A stretch of 64,000 bases of DNA from Octopus vulgaris (GCA_951406725.2 OX597833.1:39370001-39434000); one strand, 5' to 3'; numbered from the stretch's first letter, positions 25,745-39,698 are shown. Translations and numbers: made by a program. Notes: generated by a model not told the origin, from the sequence alone.

Positions 25745-26440
25745 ATGTATGTGTCTCTTCTATTTTTTAATTACTATAAATCTTCCATTGAGGTGGGAAC
25801 CAGTTTCCAACAAAGATACAAGGCTCTGACTTTGGAATGTAGTTAACACAGACAAATTCACATTTGGAACTTGAGAAAAAGTCTTGCATATTTTTACTAT
25901 TCTACTCACAGATTGGACTTGTAATGTACAAATCAGCGAGTCATTTTTCTCTTTCTGAAAATCCCAGTTTATCCAGATTCTCCTTTAAACATTTACCAAC
26001 AAAACATAGTGCACCAATTATTATTGGTACGAATATGAATTCATAGTCTGGATATAGAAGCTGGAGGTTTCAGAGCAGTTGTCCATAGATATCCTCTTTT
26101 TCTTTGATTTTCAAAGAGATATTTATATCTTCAGGGCAGCTAACCTCTATGATGGCACATGCCTTTGCCCCTCTGTCCCAAACAACAATATCTGGCCTGT
26201 TATGCTTACATTTGATAGAAGTTTTGATGGGAATATTCCACTAGTGTTCCTTTGGTTGGTGTTTATGAATGTATTCCATAACAGAGAGATTTTCTAAGTT
26301 TATTTCAGGACAGTCTTTTTTGCGAATGGCATCGTAAATTGCTTTAGCAACAACATCGTGCTGCATAGGGAGGTATTACTGTGCTGATATTTTAGAACAG
26401 TTGCTTTCTTCTTGGGTGGAGCCTGTCAACATCACTGTTT
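25745..26440 (-). mobile_element. R4/Dong-like family 2, 3' fragment with 3' UTR
   Basis: rc SNCSKISAQ*YLPMQHDVVAKAIYDAIRKK and IIIGAL; 3' UTR similar to 50310-50393. Confidence 0.75.
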
Positions 26441-27848
26441 CTGTGGAAGTTCCCAGTTGTCAGGATTTTGTGGGTTTTGATATCTATGGAGTGGGTTTCC
26501 TATGCATGTATGTGTGGGTTTTGATATCTATGGAGTGGGTTTCCTATGCATATATGTATGTGTGTGTGTACTGTTATATTGCAGGATGGTCATTTTTTTT
26601 TTTTTTGCCAAATAAACATGTGTACTATATATTCACTCGCCACATCAGATTTATTATTGTTCTTATTTTATGTCCTTTGTCTGAAAATCTTCTGTCACAT
26701 ATCCTGCGACTTCTTCAGCAACTCTCCACCCTCTGTGTCTCCTCTTGTTCTGTTTAGTTCATTCTGTCTTCCTATGGTGTCACCATAGAAATCTGATATG
26801 GCTATAAAGTCTGTTATCAGACACTTAAGAAAAATAAGGAGAATTATATGTCTACAAAGTTTTTATTAATGCAGTCATTTATACAGTATATTCTCTTTAA
26901 AGATCTGTTCAAAATATGCTTCTGCTGCATGGATATCTTGCTATGTGGTGTTAGTTTGCATCTTGTTGGTTAATCTGCATCCAGATTTCATCCTGGTTAA
27001 CAACATATCCATGCAGCTTTATTCAAGGTCTTGCCACTATCAAGGTTTGAAGAGAACTAGAATATAATGGTTTAGAAAGTCTTATATTTTTGTTAGGGTA
27101 CAATTAGTGTTGAGTGCAAAGAATATAGAAGATAGTGGAGAGAAACCTGATATGGCTATAAAATCCATTATCAGATTGACCCTACGATGATCCTAAGGTT
27201 TATACATAGAATGGAGAACACTAGGTAGTAAACTAGGTCAGAACATATTTCATCCACAAGCATTAAGTGAAATAATAGGAATAATTTCTGTGAGAGATTT
27301 ATACATTAAGGGTCGCTAAATCAAATAGAATTTAAATATATAAGATACACAGAATTTTCTTGTAAGGCCAGGAGAATTATTCACAGTATGATAGACTATT
27401 TTGACCTACAGTGAAATCAGAATTTCCATCTATGTAAACCAACCTTAGATCTATCTATATGTAGGTAACATCCTTCTGGATATATATAATAGAGTATTTC
27501 ATATGTGAAGTGTTTACACATGAAGGATAATAATAACTGGTTGGAGAAATCAAGAGTGAATGATATATGAAACATTTAGGAAATAAGTAAAAGATGGTAG
27601 ATACAAAGTCCAGAATTGAAGGTAAAGAAATAATGAAGGACAATTAAAGTAGGGGTATAAATTACTAATAAAATATAAAGGCAAACTGGTTATTGTACTA
27701 TGATTTACAAGAGAAAACTCACAATATAATCAGACACCATGAATTGCTTTTTGAAAAGTGATAATGTAACTCTTCAATGTTGTAAAAAAAAGAATTGTCA
27801 GGATAAAAAATTAGGGTTAATGACTATCAAACTTGGTGCATAAGAAAA

Positions 27849-27875
27849 TCGGACATTTCATTCTTAATGACCTGA
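27849..27875 (-). mobile_element. solo mariner-like TIR
   Basis: tcggacatttcattcttaatgacctga-TA resembles the TIR at 2439-2465; partner not seen. Confidence 0.45.
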
Positions 27876-27879
27876 TATA

Positions 27880-28108
27880 TATATGTATGTATTTGTATGT
27901 CTGTGTTTGCCCCCCCCCCACCATTGCTTGACAACTGATGTTGGTGTGTTTACATCCTTGTAACTTAGCGATTCAGCAAAAGACCGATAGAATAAATACT
28001 AGATTTACAAAGAATAAGTCCTGAGATCAATTTGTTCAACTAAAGGTACTGCTCCAGCATGGCAACAGTCAAATGACTGAAACAAGTAAAAAAAAAAGAA
28101 AGAAAGAA
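27880..28108 (+). mobile_element. SINE family A, 3' half
   Basis: gcttgacaactgatg...gactgaaacaagtaaaa. Confidence 0.85.
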
Positions 28109-28264
28109 TATATTTATATATACATATATTAATTGTTAAGGTGGCTATCTACAGTTTAAAAACCAAATGGCATGTGCAAATCAGCACCATTGCTAGAAAT
28201 AAGAGTCAAAACAACTCTTAGCCACAGGCAATATATATATATATATATATATGTATATGAATAC

Positions 28265-28409
28265 TAGGGCATCCAGCTGTAGAAACACTGCCAGATCTGA
28301 CTGGCCTGGTGCAGCCTTCGGGCTCCCCAGACCCCAGTTGAACCGTCCAACCCATGCTAGCATGGAAAGCGGACGTTAAACGATGATGATGATGATGATG
28401 ATGATGATG

Positions 28410-28411
<2 letters not shown>
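28265..28411 (+). mobile_element. family D 3' end
   Basis: agggcatccagctgtagaaacactgcc...gcggacgttaaacgatgatg, near-identical to 17848-17990. Confidence 0.88.
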
Positions 28412-28502
<91 letters not shown>

Positions 28503-28531
28503 ATGTGTATCTATATCTATATATATATATA

Positions 28532-29777
28532 TTGTGCCATACCCATAAATAATAAATAACTACCTGCATCAACTTACTCTAAAAGCAGGTAGGAAATTTA
28601 CCTTGTATTTATTCTTAGTGCAGATTTTGAAGAATGCAGTTTGATTTTGACAGATATTTTTCGAAAGCTATAATGGAAGTGACAAAGGAGCATATTCGGC
28701 ATTTTTTGCTTTATAAATTCAATAAAGGCAACAATGCAACAGAAAGTGTGAGGAATATTAATGCAGTATATGGGGATTGGGCTATAAGTGTAAACCAGTG
28801 TCAACGGTGATTCCAGAAATTTCGAGCTGGAAGCTACAGCCTAGAAGATGAGACTCATACAGGAAGATCTGTAGAACTTGATGAGGATGTCCTGCAAACT
28901 CTGACGGAACAAAATCCCATCATACTGTTGAGGAACTAGGATAGAAGCTCGGATTTTGTTATTCAACCATTCATCGACACCTGTGTGCCATTGGAAAAGT
29001 CAGTAAATTAGGTCAGTGGTTTCCTCACAAACATTTTGAATCTAATCATGCACGGCGAGTGAATGTGTGCTCTTCTTTGCTGTCAACTTTCACGAATGAA
29101 CCTTTTTCAGACTGAATGATATCTGGTGATGAGAAAGGGTTCTCTATAAAGATGTGAAGCCCAAAGACAGTGGGTAGGGAAAGGAGAAACACTGCCACCC
29201 CTAGACTAAAGAAGGTCTTGCCCTATATATGATGTTGTTATCTGTTTGGTGAAAGGTTTATGAAAGGTTTAGTCCACTTTGAACTTTTAAACTGAAACCA
29301 AACGATAACAAAGGAGATCTATTGTGAACAGCTTGAGTGGCTTAACTCAGCACTAGAAGAAAAACAACCATCTTTGGCTTCATGACAAAAGGTGTTCTTC
29401 CATCAGGATAATACTTGGCCACATAAAGCAAGGATGACATTCCAGAGGCTGGAGCAGTTTCAATGGTAAATGATGTTCCACCCACCATATTCGTTGGACA
29501 TTGACCCATCTGATTATCATTTATTCTGCAGTCTTCAAAATCATTTGGACAGCAAAATATGAATTCTGTAGATGAGGTCAGAACAACACTGGAGGAGTAT
29601 TTTTCGTCACAGATAAGTGAATTTTGGAAGAAGGGCTTGCAAGTGTACCTGATAGACAGAAGAGCATTGTAGAAAATGAAGGAGAGTATATCTTAGATTG
29701 AAAAAGAACTTTGTTTATCTTAACTTTGAAAATTGAAAGAAGTATTAAAAATGCACATTATTTATGGGCTGACCCAA
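28532..29777 (+). mobile_element. full-length but inactivated mariner (DD34D-type) transposon
   Basis: TIR-like ends ttgtgccatacccataaataat / attatttatgggctgacccaa with TA flanks; EHIRH...FNKGNNATESVRNINAVYGD, GQWFPH, GDEK, FHQDNTWPH, HPPYSLDIDPSDYHLFCSLQNHL, EGEYILD*; frameshifted. Confidence 0.9.
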
Positions 29778-29785
29778 TATATATA

Positions 29786-29945
29786 TCATCATCATCATCA
29801 TCGTTAAACTTCCGCTTTCCATGCTGGCATGGGCTGGACGGTTTGACTGAGAACTGGTGAACCAGATGGCTGCACCAGGCTCCAACCTGATCTGGCAGAG
29901 TTTCTATAGCTGGATGCCCTTCCTAACGTCAACCACTCCAAGTGT
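29786..29945 (-). mobile_element. family D 3' end
   Basis: (cat)n cgttaaacttccgctttccatgc...ggatgcccttcctaacg. Confidence 0.85.
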
Positions 29946-29954
29946 ATGTGTGTG

Positions 29955-29986
<32 letters not shown>

Positions 29987-30292
29987 CATATATATATATA
30001 CATATATATATACATATATATATACATATCTATATATGTATGTACATATTTAGATATAGATAAAATATTTACAAGCATGACTATTTCCTTAAGAAGTCTG
30101 CTTCAAAATCATGGAATACTGAGCTTGCATACTCAGTGGCATCTTGAGTATCTTGTGACTTTTGAATATTCAGTAAGCATGCAGTTCATTTGATTAAACA
30201 ACCTGAGTATTTGTGATTGGGCCTAGTGATGACCTATGTACTTCATATTCTTACAAAGTTAGATATGTGTGTATGTGTGTGCTGCGTGTGTG

Positions 30293-30330
<38 letters not shown>

Positions 30331-30434
30331 TGTGAGATAGTATATATTTGTATGAATATACATAGTACCCATATCAATATGAATATATTTATGATTTTGA
30401 TAGCCATCTAGCTAGCTGGCTTATTTTCTTCATT

Positions 30435-30466
30435 ACTGTGTGTGTGTGTGTGTGTGTGCATGTATG

Positions 30467-30504
<38 letters not shown>

Positions 30505-30763
30505 AATACATATATATTATATATATTCTTTGATATATGTATATATATATATATAGATAGATATATATATACATACATACGTATATATATATATATACAT
30601 ACATTAATATATAAATATATATACATATATACATAAATATATATATATATATATACATAAATGTGTGTATATATATATTTATATATATACACATACATAT
30701 ATATAAAAACACACAGATACATATACATTTGTATATATGTATATATATATGTGTGCGTGTGTG

Positions 30764-30805
<42 letters not shown>

Positions 30806-31205
30806 GAGAAAGACAGAGAGAGAGAGAGAGAAAAGAAAGAGAGACAGAGAGAGAGAGAAGAGAGAAAGGAAATTATAGACAGAAAGAGAGGGGTTGAGAG
30901 GGACATGGATAGCAAGAGAGAGGGATAGATATGATTACATGGAGTAATGTACATAAAGATTTCCACCGATATGCACAGACTGCATAAGCACAACACACAC
31001 ACACACACTTGCACACACGCATGCACACACATGCAATCATAGACACACACATGCACAGATTCAAATACACACAGAGAAACTTATACATATCTAGTGAATA
31101 TTCATATGTACTTTAGAGTTAGCCAAGTTGCGTAAGATATAAATCACAGATTGTTTTGATACAAAGGTTTTATCTCTTCTAATAAGCATGTGTATAGTAT
31201 ATACA

Positions 31206-31256
<51 letters not shown>

Positions 31257-31338
31257 ATACATACATATATATATACATATATACATATATATATATATAT
31301 ATTCATATATATATATATATATAAGTGTATGTATATAT

Positions 31339-31382
<44 letters not shown>

Positions 31383-31440
31383 GTATATATAATACATGTG
31401 TGTATATATCCATATACATATGTATATATATATGTATATG

Positions 31441-31539
<99 letters not shown>

Positions 31540-31891
31540 ATGTGTGTGTGTGTGTGTGTGTATTAATATATATATGTACATATACATATATCTATATATG
31601 CTTATATAGATATATTTGTATATCTGTATATATGTGACTGTGTGTGTATGTGTCTGCTGATGTGTGTATATATATGTGATTATTTATGCATGTGTGTGCT
31701 TGTCTTTGTATATATTCCATTTGTGTAAATGCTTGCACCTGTATATTTCTCTTTGTGGAGAGAGACAGAGAGATGCATATGTCTGTATGTATTAATCTCT
31801 GTATGTAATTGCCTATACCTATAAACACACATATATGTGATTGCGTAAGTCTTTCTGTATGTGTACTTGAATGTATATGCACATGTATGTG

Positions 31892-31946
<55 letters not shown>

Positions 31947-31961
31947 GTATATATATGTATG

Positions 31962-31993
<32 letters not shown>

Positions 31994-32080
31994 CGTGTTG
32001 TGGCTACTTCTTCAGCGTCTTTCTCAACTTTTATACACATACACACATGCATATACATATATATATATGAATACATACAC
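30435..32080. repeat. compound (TA)n/(TG)n/(GA)n microsatellite-rich region
   Basis: direct reading. Confidence 0.9.
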
Positions 32081-33314
32081 ATTCACACGCACACATGTAA
32101 ATTGCATAAACATGTGCATGCATTATTGTGTGTATGTGTGTATTTGTAAGTATATGCATGTGTGTGTTTGTGTAACTCCTCATTCATGCTCTCTCCCTCC
32201 CTCTCTCTCACTCTCTCTCATTCCGCCCTCTTCTCTCTCCCCTTCCTCCCCCCTCTCTGAATATCTATGCATGTGCATATATGAATATATATGTATATTA
32301 TGTTCATGTATGTGGCACATGTGTTTCTATATTACCATTTGTTTGTATAGCTCACATGTATGCATGTATATATGTTAATGTGTATGTATAGCACTACTAC
32401 CACTACCACCACTATCACCAACACCAACACTATCACTTGTAGCTGTAGTAGTTGTGGTGGTGGTGGCGGGGAGCAGTGGTGATAGTAATAGTAGTAGTAG
32501 TAGTAGTAGTAGTAGCAGTACAATTTCCATTTATTTTACTTCCAAATGTTTCCACATTTCTCATGACCACTCATAATGCATCTGCAACTCTCACCGCTAC
32601 TCTGTTCCTCATATTTTCCTCCTACTCTCACCACCACTCATAATATTTCTACTACTCTCCCCATTACTCCTTATATTTTTACAACTCTCACCACTGCTGG
32701 CACCAGAGGTTGACATATCCAGAGATATGGATCTAAGGATTCTCATATATAAGTGCTTCAGGTCTGCTTAATTGGAGGCTGACCTGGGGAAGCTGCAATA
32801 ACTACTTACTACCACTCCAGTTATATCTGTCATTCTTACTGCAAGTCAATGCAGTCACTCAGCCTACTAAAAATACAGCCAGTTCTCACTCAAATCGCAC
32901 CCTACAATCGTGCAATTTGAAGGACTGGACTTAGTGGTCTTTATAGAGACTGTTGTCATTTTTATCATCATTTAATCTCTTTTCTTTTGTATGTTTCAAT
33001 CATTAGACTGTGGCCATACTGGGGTACTGTCCATTTTCCATGCTGCCATGGGTTGAAGGGTTTGACAGGATCTGAGGAACCACTGAGCAGTGTTAGGCCC
33101 CAATGTCAGTTAGGCATGCCTAACTGCCCTTAACACCAACCACTTTGCAGGGCTTAGCAGGTGCTTTTTGGGGGGACAATGACACCAATGAAGTCACCAA
33201 GAAAAGAAAAAGAAAGGGAAAAATACCCAAATTTCCTAAATTATAAGTTTCCAGATAACTGATTGCATCGTTATTAATTAATTTGTTTATTTTTAATTTT
33301 AAGATTTACACTCA

Positions 33315-33885
33315 GATGCGAGCTGGCAAAATCGTTAACATAACAGGCAAAATGTTTAATGGTATTTCATCTGCTTTTGCATTCTATCCTCAAGTACCAG
33401 ATCATCATTATGGTCGATGTAATCAACTTACTCCCTCCTATGAAATTGTTGGCTTTGTTTCAAAATTTGAAGCCAATATTCTAGCAAGAAGATAGCATGC
33501 TGGGCAAAATGTTTGGCAACATTTCTTCCATCTACATTCTGAGTTCAAATTCTACCAAGGTTATCTTTGCCTTTCATCCTTACGGGGAGCAGAGGGGTTG
33601 ATAAAACAAGTACCTGCAGTGTACTGGGATTGATGTAATCGACTTACCCTATATCCTGAAATTGCTGGCCTCGTGTGAAAATTTAAAACCATTATTATAA
33701 TATCATCATCATCATTATTATTATTATCAAGGCAGAATTGTTAGCATGCAGGGTAAAATTTTTAACGGTATTTCATCTGTCATTACATTCTGAGTTCAAA
33801 TTCTGCCGAGGCCCACTTTGTCTTTCATTCTTTTGGTGTTGATAAATTAAGTACCAGTGAAACACTGGAGGGCAATGTAATCAAC
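33315..33885 (+). mobile_element. three tandem degenerate SINE family C copies
   Basis: three successive heads or cores at about 33318, 33495 and 33729 (ttctgagttcaaattct, aagtacc). Confidence 0.75.
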
Positions 33886-34105
33886 TAGGTTTACAGTTAT
33901 CAGGTAGACACTTTAAATTTCTTTTAAAACATTTTATTACATTTGAATTTCAATCTTACAAACTGAAAAGGGATCTTGACAAAATTAACTAAATCAGCAT
34001 AGAATAATGGTTTCACATTTTTTTTATAATTAAGATCTAAACTGTTAATATAAGAATGCGAAAGTGATAGTTGAATAACTGTAAACCTACTTTTGGACAA
34101 CCCTG
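33886..34105. mobile_element. Tc1/mariner-type MITE with truncated left TIR
   Basis: taggtttacagttat at the left; ataactgtaaacctacttttggacaaccctg at the right. Confidence 0.6.
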
Positions 34106-34642
34106 CATATGTATATATGTGTGTCTTTTTGTTTGTGTTTTTCCCCTCCCACCACTAGACATCCTCATAACTTAGCAGTTTGGCAAGAGTGACCAACAGA
34201 ATAATTACCAGACTTTGAAAAATGTTCAGCTTAATCTTTGATGGCTGTGTCCAAGCATGGCCACAATTCAATGACTGACAAAAAATACCAAAAGTAGAAA
34301 ATTTTTAAATCTAAACAGAGATGAAACTAATCATAACATGCTTTACCATATTGTTATTAACAACATATCTCAGATATTTAAATGGCAAATATTTTAATAA
34401 AATCATAATTTTTCTAGCAATTAATCTCAATTTAAGAGATTAAGAGATGGAAGATACTTTCCCATATTTGCTAAATTTTTATCAGTTTGGTCATTACTCA
34501 TTTTAAGGTATGTTATTATTCTTCTCAAATCAGCTGCTTGAAGCTATGTACATAATACTTTCTGAGATACAGCAAAGATGTTTTGAACTTTTGTCTTGAT
34601 TTAATTATTGGAAAATGTTTCAAGTCTTAAGATGACATGAAC

Positions 34643-34935
34643 ATCATCATCATCATTTTAACATCCGCTTTCCATGCTAGCATGTGTTGGACGGTTCAAC
34701 TGGGGTCTAGGAGGCCAGAAGGCTGCACCAGGCCCAGTCTGATCTGGCAATGTTTCTATGGCTGGATGCCCTTCCTGACACCAATCACTCCGTGAGTGTA
34801 GTGGGTGCTTTTTACATGCCAAACGGTGCTGTAAAACGACCACGGTTGGATGGTGCTTTTTACATGCCACCGGCACGGTGGCCAGGTGAGGCTGGCAATG
34901 GCCACGATCGAATGGTGCTTTTTACGTGCCATATC
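34643..34935 (-). mobile_element. family D with tandem units
   Basis: (cat)n...ccgctttccatgctagcatg...ggatgcccttcct...gatggtgctttttac units. Confidence 0.85.
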
Positions 34936-35044
34936 AAAGCATAATCTTATTAACAACTGGTTGGTAGATTTAATCCTTAGCTCAGTTTAAAATAACCACT
35001 CAGTCCTTGAGTATCTTTAGTGGACTCTGCTACAATAGCATAGC

Positions 35045-35192
35045 TAGTGCTAGACTGAGGGAAAATGAGGTCCTGTGCTTGGTAAGTTATGAGGACAGGG
35101 CCCTATTATGAGGCCTCCTACTAAGGCAGGGCTCTGTTGACCAATGGCCCTGTGCTTAAGCACACCTAAGCACAATGGTAAATCAGGCACTG
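35045..35192. mobile_element. hAT-like MITE with 8-bp TSD
   Basis: TSD agcatagc at 35037-35044 and 35193-35200; imperfect TIRs tagtgctagact / aatcaggcactg. Confidence 0.7.
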
Positions 35193-35219
35193 AGCATAGC
35201 GAGAAGCAAGGGGACAAAG

Positions 35220-36045
35220 TTTGCTCTGGGTTGTGCTTTTATAGAAGAGGCACTGTTTGGTTTGCTGCATAAGCCTGTTTAGGCTGCAGGGAAATAAAAG
35301 TGCTTTTAATGTCAGGATACTACTCATATTTTTTGTTGTGTCTTGGGAGATTCATGGCACCATTGATAATAACACACCACACACGGGTTCAATTCCACTT
35401 CTTTATTGGCTTAAGTTGATTGGTTAAATATCTAACCATCTAACTAATCGATTGTTTATTTGATGTGCAGATTAAACAATCAGTTGTTTGTTAGACAGAG
35501 TTCTTTCATCACTGCTCACAATCCTTCCCGTAATTTAGTAACTTTACCCCTTAGCCCATAGTCTTGACAAACAGCCAATTGTTTGTTTAAACCAATGTGT
35601 TAAACAAACAATCGATTAATTAGCTGGTTAGATATTTAAGCTATTGACTAATAATAAAGAAGTGAAATTAAATCTATCTGTGTGTATTGTTATTATTACT
35701 GGTAAGGCAGTGGGCTGGTAGAATTGTTAGCACACCAGGCAAAATGCTTAGCGACATTTTGTTGGTCCTCACATTCTGAGTTCAAATTCTTCCAAGGTCC
35801 AGTTTGCTTTTCATCCTTTCGGAGTTGATGAAATAAGTACCAGTTATGCACTGGGGCCAATGTAATCGACTAGCCCACCTCCCCTAAATTTCAGGCCCTA
35901 TGCCTGTAGTAGACAAGGTTATTATCATTATTGGCGCAGTGACTCTCTCAAGAGACAACAAAATTTATTTCAGCACATTAATTCCCATCAAGAATCTTGC
36001 AAACCAAATACATAAATGACACAACTTGCAGCTTTTGGTCTAGAG
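35220..36045. mobile_element. old fold-back element (long diverged inverted arms) interrupted by a SINE
   Basis: 35366-35500 is inverted to 35560-35695; 35330-35373 is inverted to 35918-35963. Confidence 0.6.
35703..35920 (+). mobile_element. SINE family C, full length
   Basis: aaggcagtgggctggtagaa...ttctgagttcaaatt...cctttcggagttgatgaaataagtaccag. Confidence 0.85.
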
Positions 36046-36221
36046 CTGGGGTTGTCAATATGCCCCCCCAACCCCGGGGGTGGGGTGGGGGCATGTAAGA
36101 TTTTGTTGCTAAAATTTATCTGCAATAAATTGGTGATAAATCTACAACTCACAAAATATCTTAATTTTTTAATAAAATTCCTAATAATGTTTAATTATAG
36201 AATTATAGTATTCCTTTTTTT

Positions 36222-36470
36222 TCTTTTATTCTTTTATTTGTTTCAGTCATTTGACTGTGGCCATGCTAGAGCACCACCTTTAGTCAAACAAATCAACCCC
36301 TAGATTTATACTTTGCAAGCCTAGTACTTATTCTATCAGTCTCTTTTGCTGAACTGCTAAGTTATGGGGACAAAAACACACCAACATTGGTTGTCAAGTG
36401 ATGGTGGGGGAACAAACACAGATACACAAATACATACATATACATATATACATATATACATATATACATA

Positions 36471-36522
<52 letters not shown>

Positions 36523-36701
36523 TAGATAGATAGATAGATAGATAGTTAGACTTCTTTCAGTTTCCATCTATCAAATCCAGTCACAAAGCTTTGGTTGGCC
36601 TGAGGCTATAGTGGAAGACACTTGCCCAAGGTGTCACACAGTGGGACTGAACCCAGAACCATGTAGTTAGGAATCAAGCTTCTTACCACACAGCCACTCC
36701 C
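36222..36701 (-). mobile_element. SINE family A, full length
   Basis: tttcagtcatttgactgtggccatgc...cttaccacacagccactcc. Confidence 0.9.
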
Positions 36702-36860
36702 GTTTTTTTTAACACATTGAATGGCTGGGGGGGGGGGCAGAGTAGTAGAGTAGAATAGGGATCAAAGGGGTCTATAGGAAAAAAATATTTGAAACCCACT
36801 CATTTAGAGTAACTTTAATTATGGCCCTTAAGAGGATGGAGGCAGAAACTAAAGGCCTGA

Positions 36861-37083
36861 AAGGCAGCAAGCTGGCAGAAACATTAGCACGTTGGGTGAA
36901 ATGCTTAGAGGCATTTAGTCTGACTCTGTGTTCTGAGTTCAAATTCTGCTGAGGTCGACTTTGCCTTTCATCCTTTTGGGGTCGATTAAATAAGTATCAG
37001 TTATCAATGGGGTCGATATAATCGACTTAATCCGTTCGTCTGTCCTCTCTGTGTTTAGCCCCTTGTGGGCAAGAAAGAAATAA
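36861..37083 (+). mobile_element. SINE family C, full length with 15-bp TSD
   Basis: TSD aaactaaaggcctga (36846-36860) / aaactaaagggctga (37085-37099). Confidence 0.9.
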
Positions 37084-38399
37084 CAAACTAAAGGGCTGAC
37101 CCTGGCAGCACACACTCTAGCTATGTCACTGCTCTATTAGGGGCTGGGAGGGGGTAGACTTAATTTATAAACTTGTTTAATGCCATCACCTGACAGGGTT
37201 GTTTTCCTTGATAGATAATCTTAAGTTGAGATAACAGTTAGATATTGGTGTCTAGTTTTGTAGAGGTTCTGTACAATTCAATGAGATGTCAGACAATACA
37301 GACACATGAATGATTTTTTATTGAAACAGCTTTTTATCAAACATTTTTGCAGTGAATAGCATTTCATCTTCTTCAAAAAGACTTTTGGTCAAACAGTACT
37401 TTATCAAAAGTAATTTTGCCAAACAACTTCTCATTGAAACAATTTTTTTTTCATCCAGATGACTTTTGACAGAACAATTTGATAAAATTATTATTTTGTA
37501 AAATAATTACAACTATAGAAAAATTTTAACTATTTTTTTTTTTTGATATTAAGTATAAATTTATCATAAATAAAATAAAATAAATTTGAAGAAAAAAACT
37601 AACGGCCAAATTTAAAATTTGTATAGGATAATCAATGGGGCTATTTACATTCTAGAGCAAAAGTTTGTGTGTGTGTGTTTGTTTGTTTGCGTGTGTGTTT
37701 GTTTGTTTGTTTGTGTGTGTGCTTGTTTGTTTGTTTGTGTGTGTGTATGTGTATGCAAGTGTACATGTGTATGTGTGTGCATGTGTGTATGTGTGTGTGT
37801 TTGTGCATGTGTGTATCACTGAGTGTGTGTGTATGTGAGTGCATATGTGTAAGTGTGTATGTGTGTATATGCATGTGCATGTGTGTGTGTGTATCAGTGA
37901 GTGCATGTGTGTGTGTCTATGCAAGTGTATATATGTAAGTATGATGATGATGATGATGTATGTATGTGTGTGTGTATGCATGTGCATGTGTGTGCATATG
38001 TGTGTGTATATGTTGTATGTCAGTGAGTGTGCAAGTGTATGCAAGTATAAGTATGTGTGAGTGTGCTTGTGCGTCTGTGTGTGTGTGTGTGTGTGTATGC
38101 ATGTGTGTGCATATGAGTGTGAGTGAATGTTAAATAATGATGAAGATGATATACATCTACAGGAAACCTTCTGTTTCATAGATTAATACGAGTGTGTTTC
38201 TTATTGCTGAAAGTTCGGTACACATCACACCTAACTTAGGAATCATCTCTCCACCTCTCTCCCTCCCCCTCTTCCCACCTTTTCCCTCCTCCTCTCATAC
38301 ACATCCTCACTCACACAATATAACCCACACGTGAACGTATTCCTATAACCATGTACCTCTTCTACATCAAGACGTCAGTTTCTGTCTCTCTGTCAAACA

Positions 38400-38800
38400 C
38401 TAACCATTCTTCATCTGATATAAGATCACCTCCTCCTCCAATCTCTCAAAGATTCCTTGTCTTGTAAAGTTATTTGATGGCCCTGCTGGTGCTGGGGCCA
38501 CTTAAAAAGCATCCAGTCCACACTGTAAAGTGGTTGGCATTTGGAAGGGCATCCAGCAGTAAAAACCATGCCAAAACTGACCTCACCTATGCTGATGCCA
38601 CGCGAAAAGCACTCAGCCCATTCTGTGGGGTGGTTGTTGTTAGGAAGGGCATCCAGCCATAAAAACCATACCAAAACAGACACAGAAGTCTGGTGCAGTC
38701 TTCTGCCTGGCCTGTTCCTGTCAAACTATCCAACCCATGCCAACACGGAAGGAGGACATTAAACGATGATGATGATGATGATGATGATGGTGATTATGAT
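38400..38800 (+). mobile_element. family D variant with duplicated ggaagggcatccag module
   Basis: module at about 38543 and 38643; ends ggacattaaacgatgatg. Confidence 0.75.
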
Positions 38801-39394
38801 GACATACTTACCCTTTATGTTGGTCAATTTTTTTTTCCCCTAATCTGCCAAACATTCCATGAGAATTCCTGGTTCACTTGCTTTCTCTTTGCTGCAGTTG
38901 GTTTTCCTTGTTTTTATTTTAATGCCACATTTTCTTCTACCCCACTTATAACTCAACAAACCAGTCCTTCACTCCCTGTCTCTCTCTCTCTCTCTCCCCC
39001 CCTCTCACTCACTTTTTCTCAAAACTTTTTATCTTCAGTTTACTCTATTCCCATAATTGTTTTAATTTTTAAAATTTTATATATTTCTTAATAAATTGCC
39101 TTATTATTATTTGGTCCATTAAATATTGGAGTCTGTTGAACTGAGAGTTTATTTTGTGTGCAAGTGTGTGCAAGTGTGTGTATGTGTGTATCTATATATA
39201 TCTTCTCTCTCTATATATATATTCTTTTATTATTTTACTTGTTTCATTCATTTGACTGTGGTCATGCTGTAGCACCATCTTGAAAAGTTTTAGTCAAACA
39301 AGTTGGCCCCAGGACTTATTTTTAAACCTGGTACTTTATTCTATCAGTTTGTTTTTACCAAACCACTAAGTTACAGGGATATATATATATAAAA

Positions 39395-39698
39395 CAAAGG
39401 TAGAACAGAAAGAACACAACAAATGGAAACCAATAACATAACATGTGGATAAATAGATGATAGCATGATAAACAGCAAAAAGGACAAAAACAAGATATAC
39501 GAATTATTCACAGCTGAATTCCTCATCAGTCAGAGTCTGGAAACTCCTTGTAGTTTCTCGAAACTACAAGAACTTTCCAGACCCTGACTGATGAGAATAT
39601 TTGTGTATCTTGTTTTTGTCTTGTTTGTCATTATCGATTTTTATGCATGTTGTGTTTTGTTGGTTTCTGTTAGTTGTGCTCTTTCTGTTCTACCTTTG
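39395..39698. repeat. diverged fold-back with about 150-bp arms carrying CTGATGAG in each arm
   Basis: caaaggtagaacagaaag...ctttctgttctacctttg; inner ctcatcagtcag / ctgactgatgag. Confidence 0.8.
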
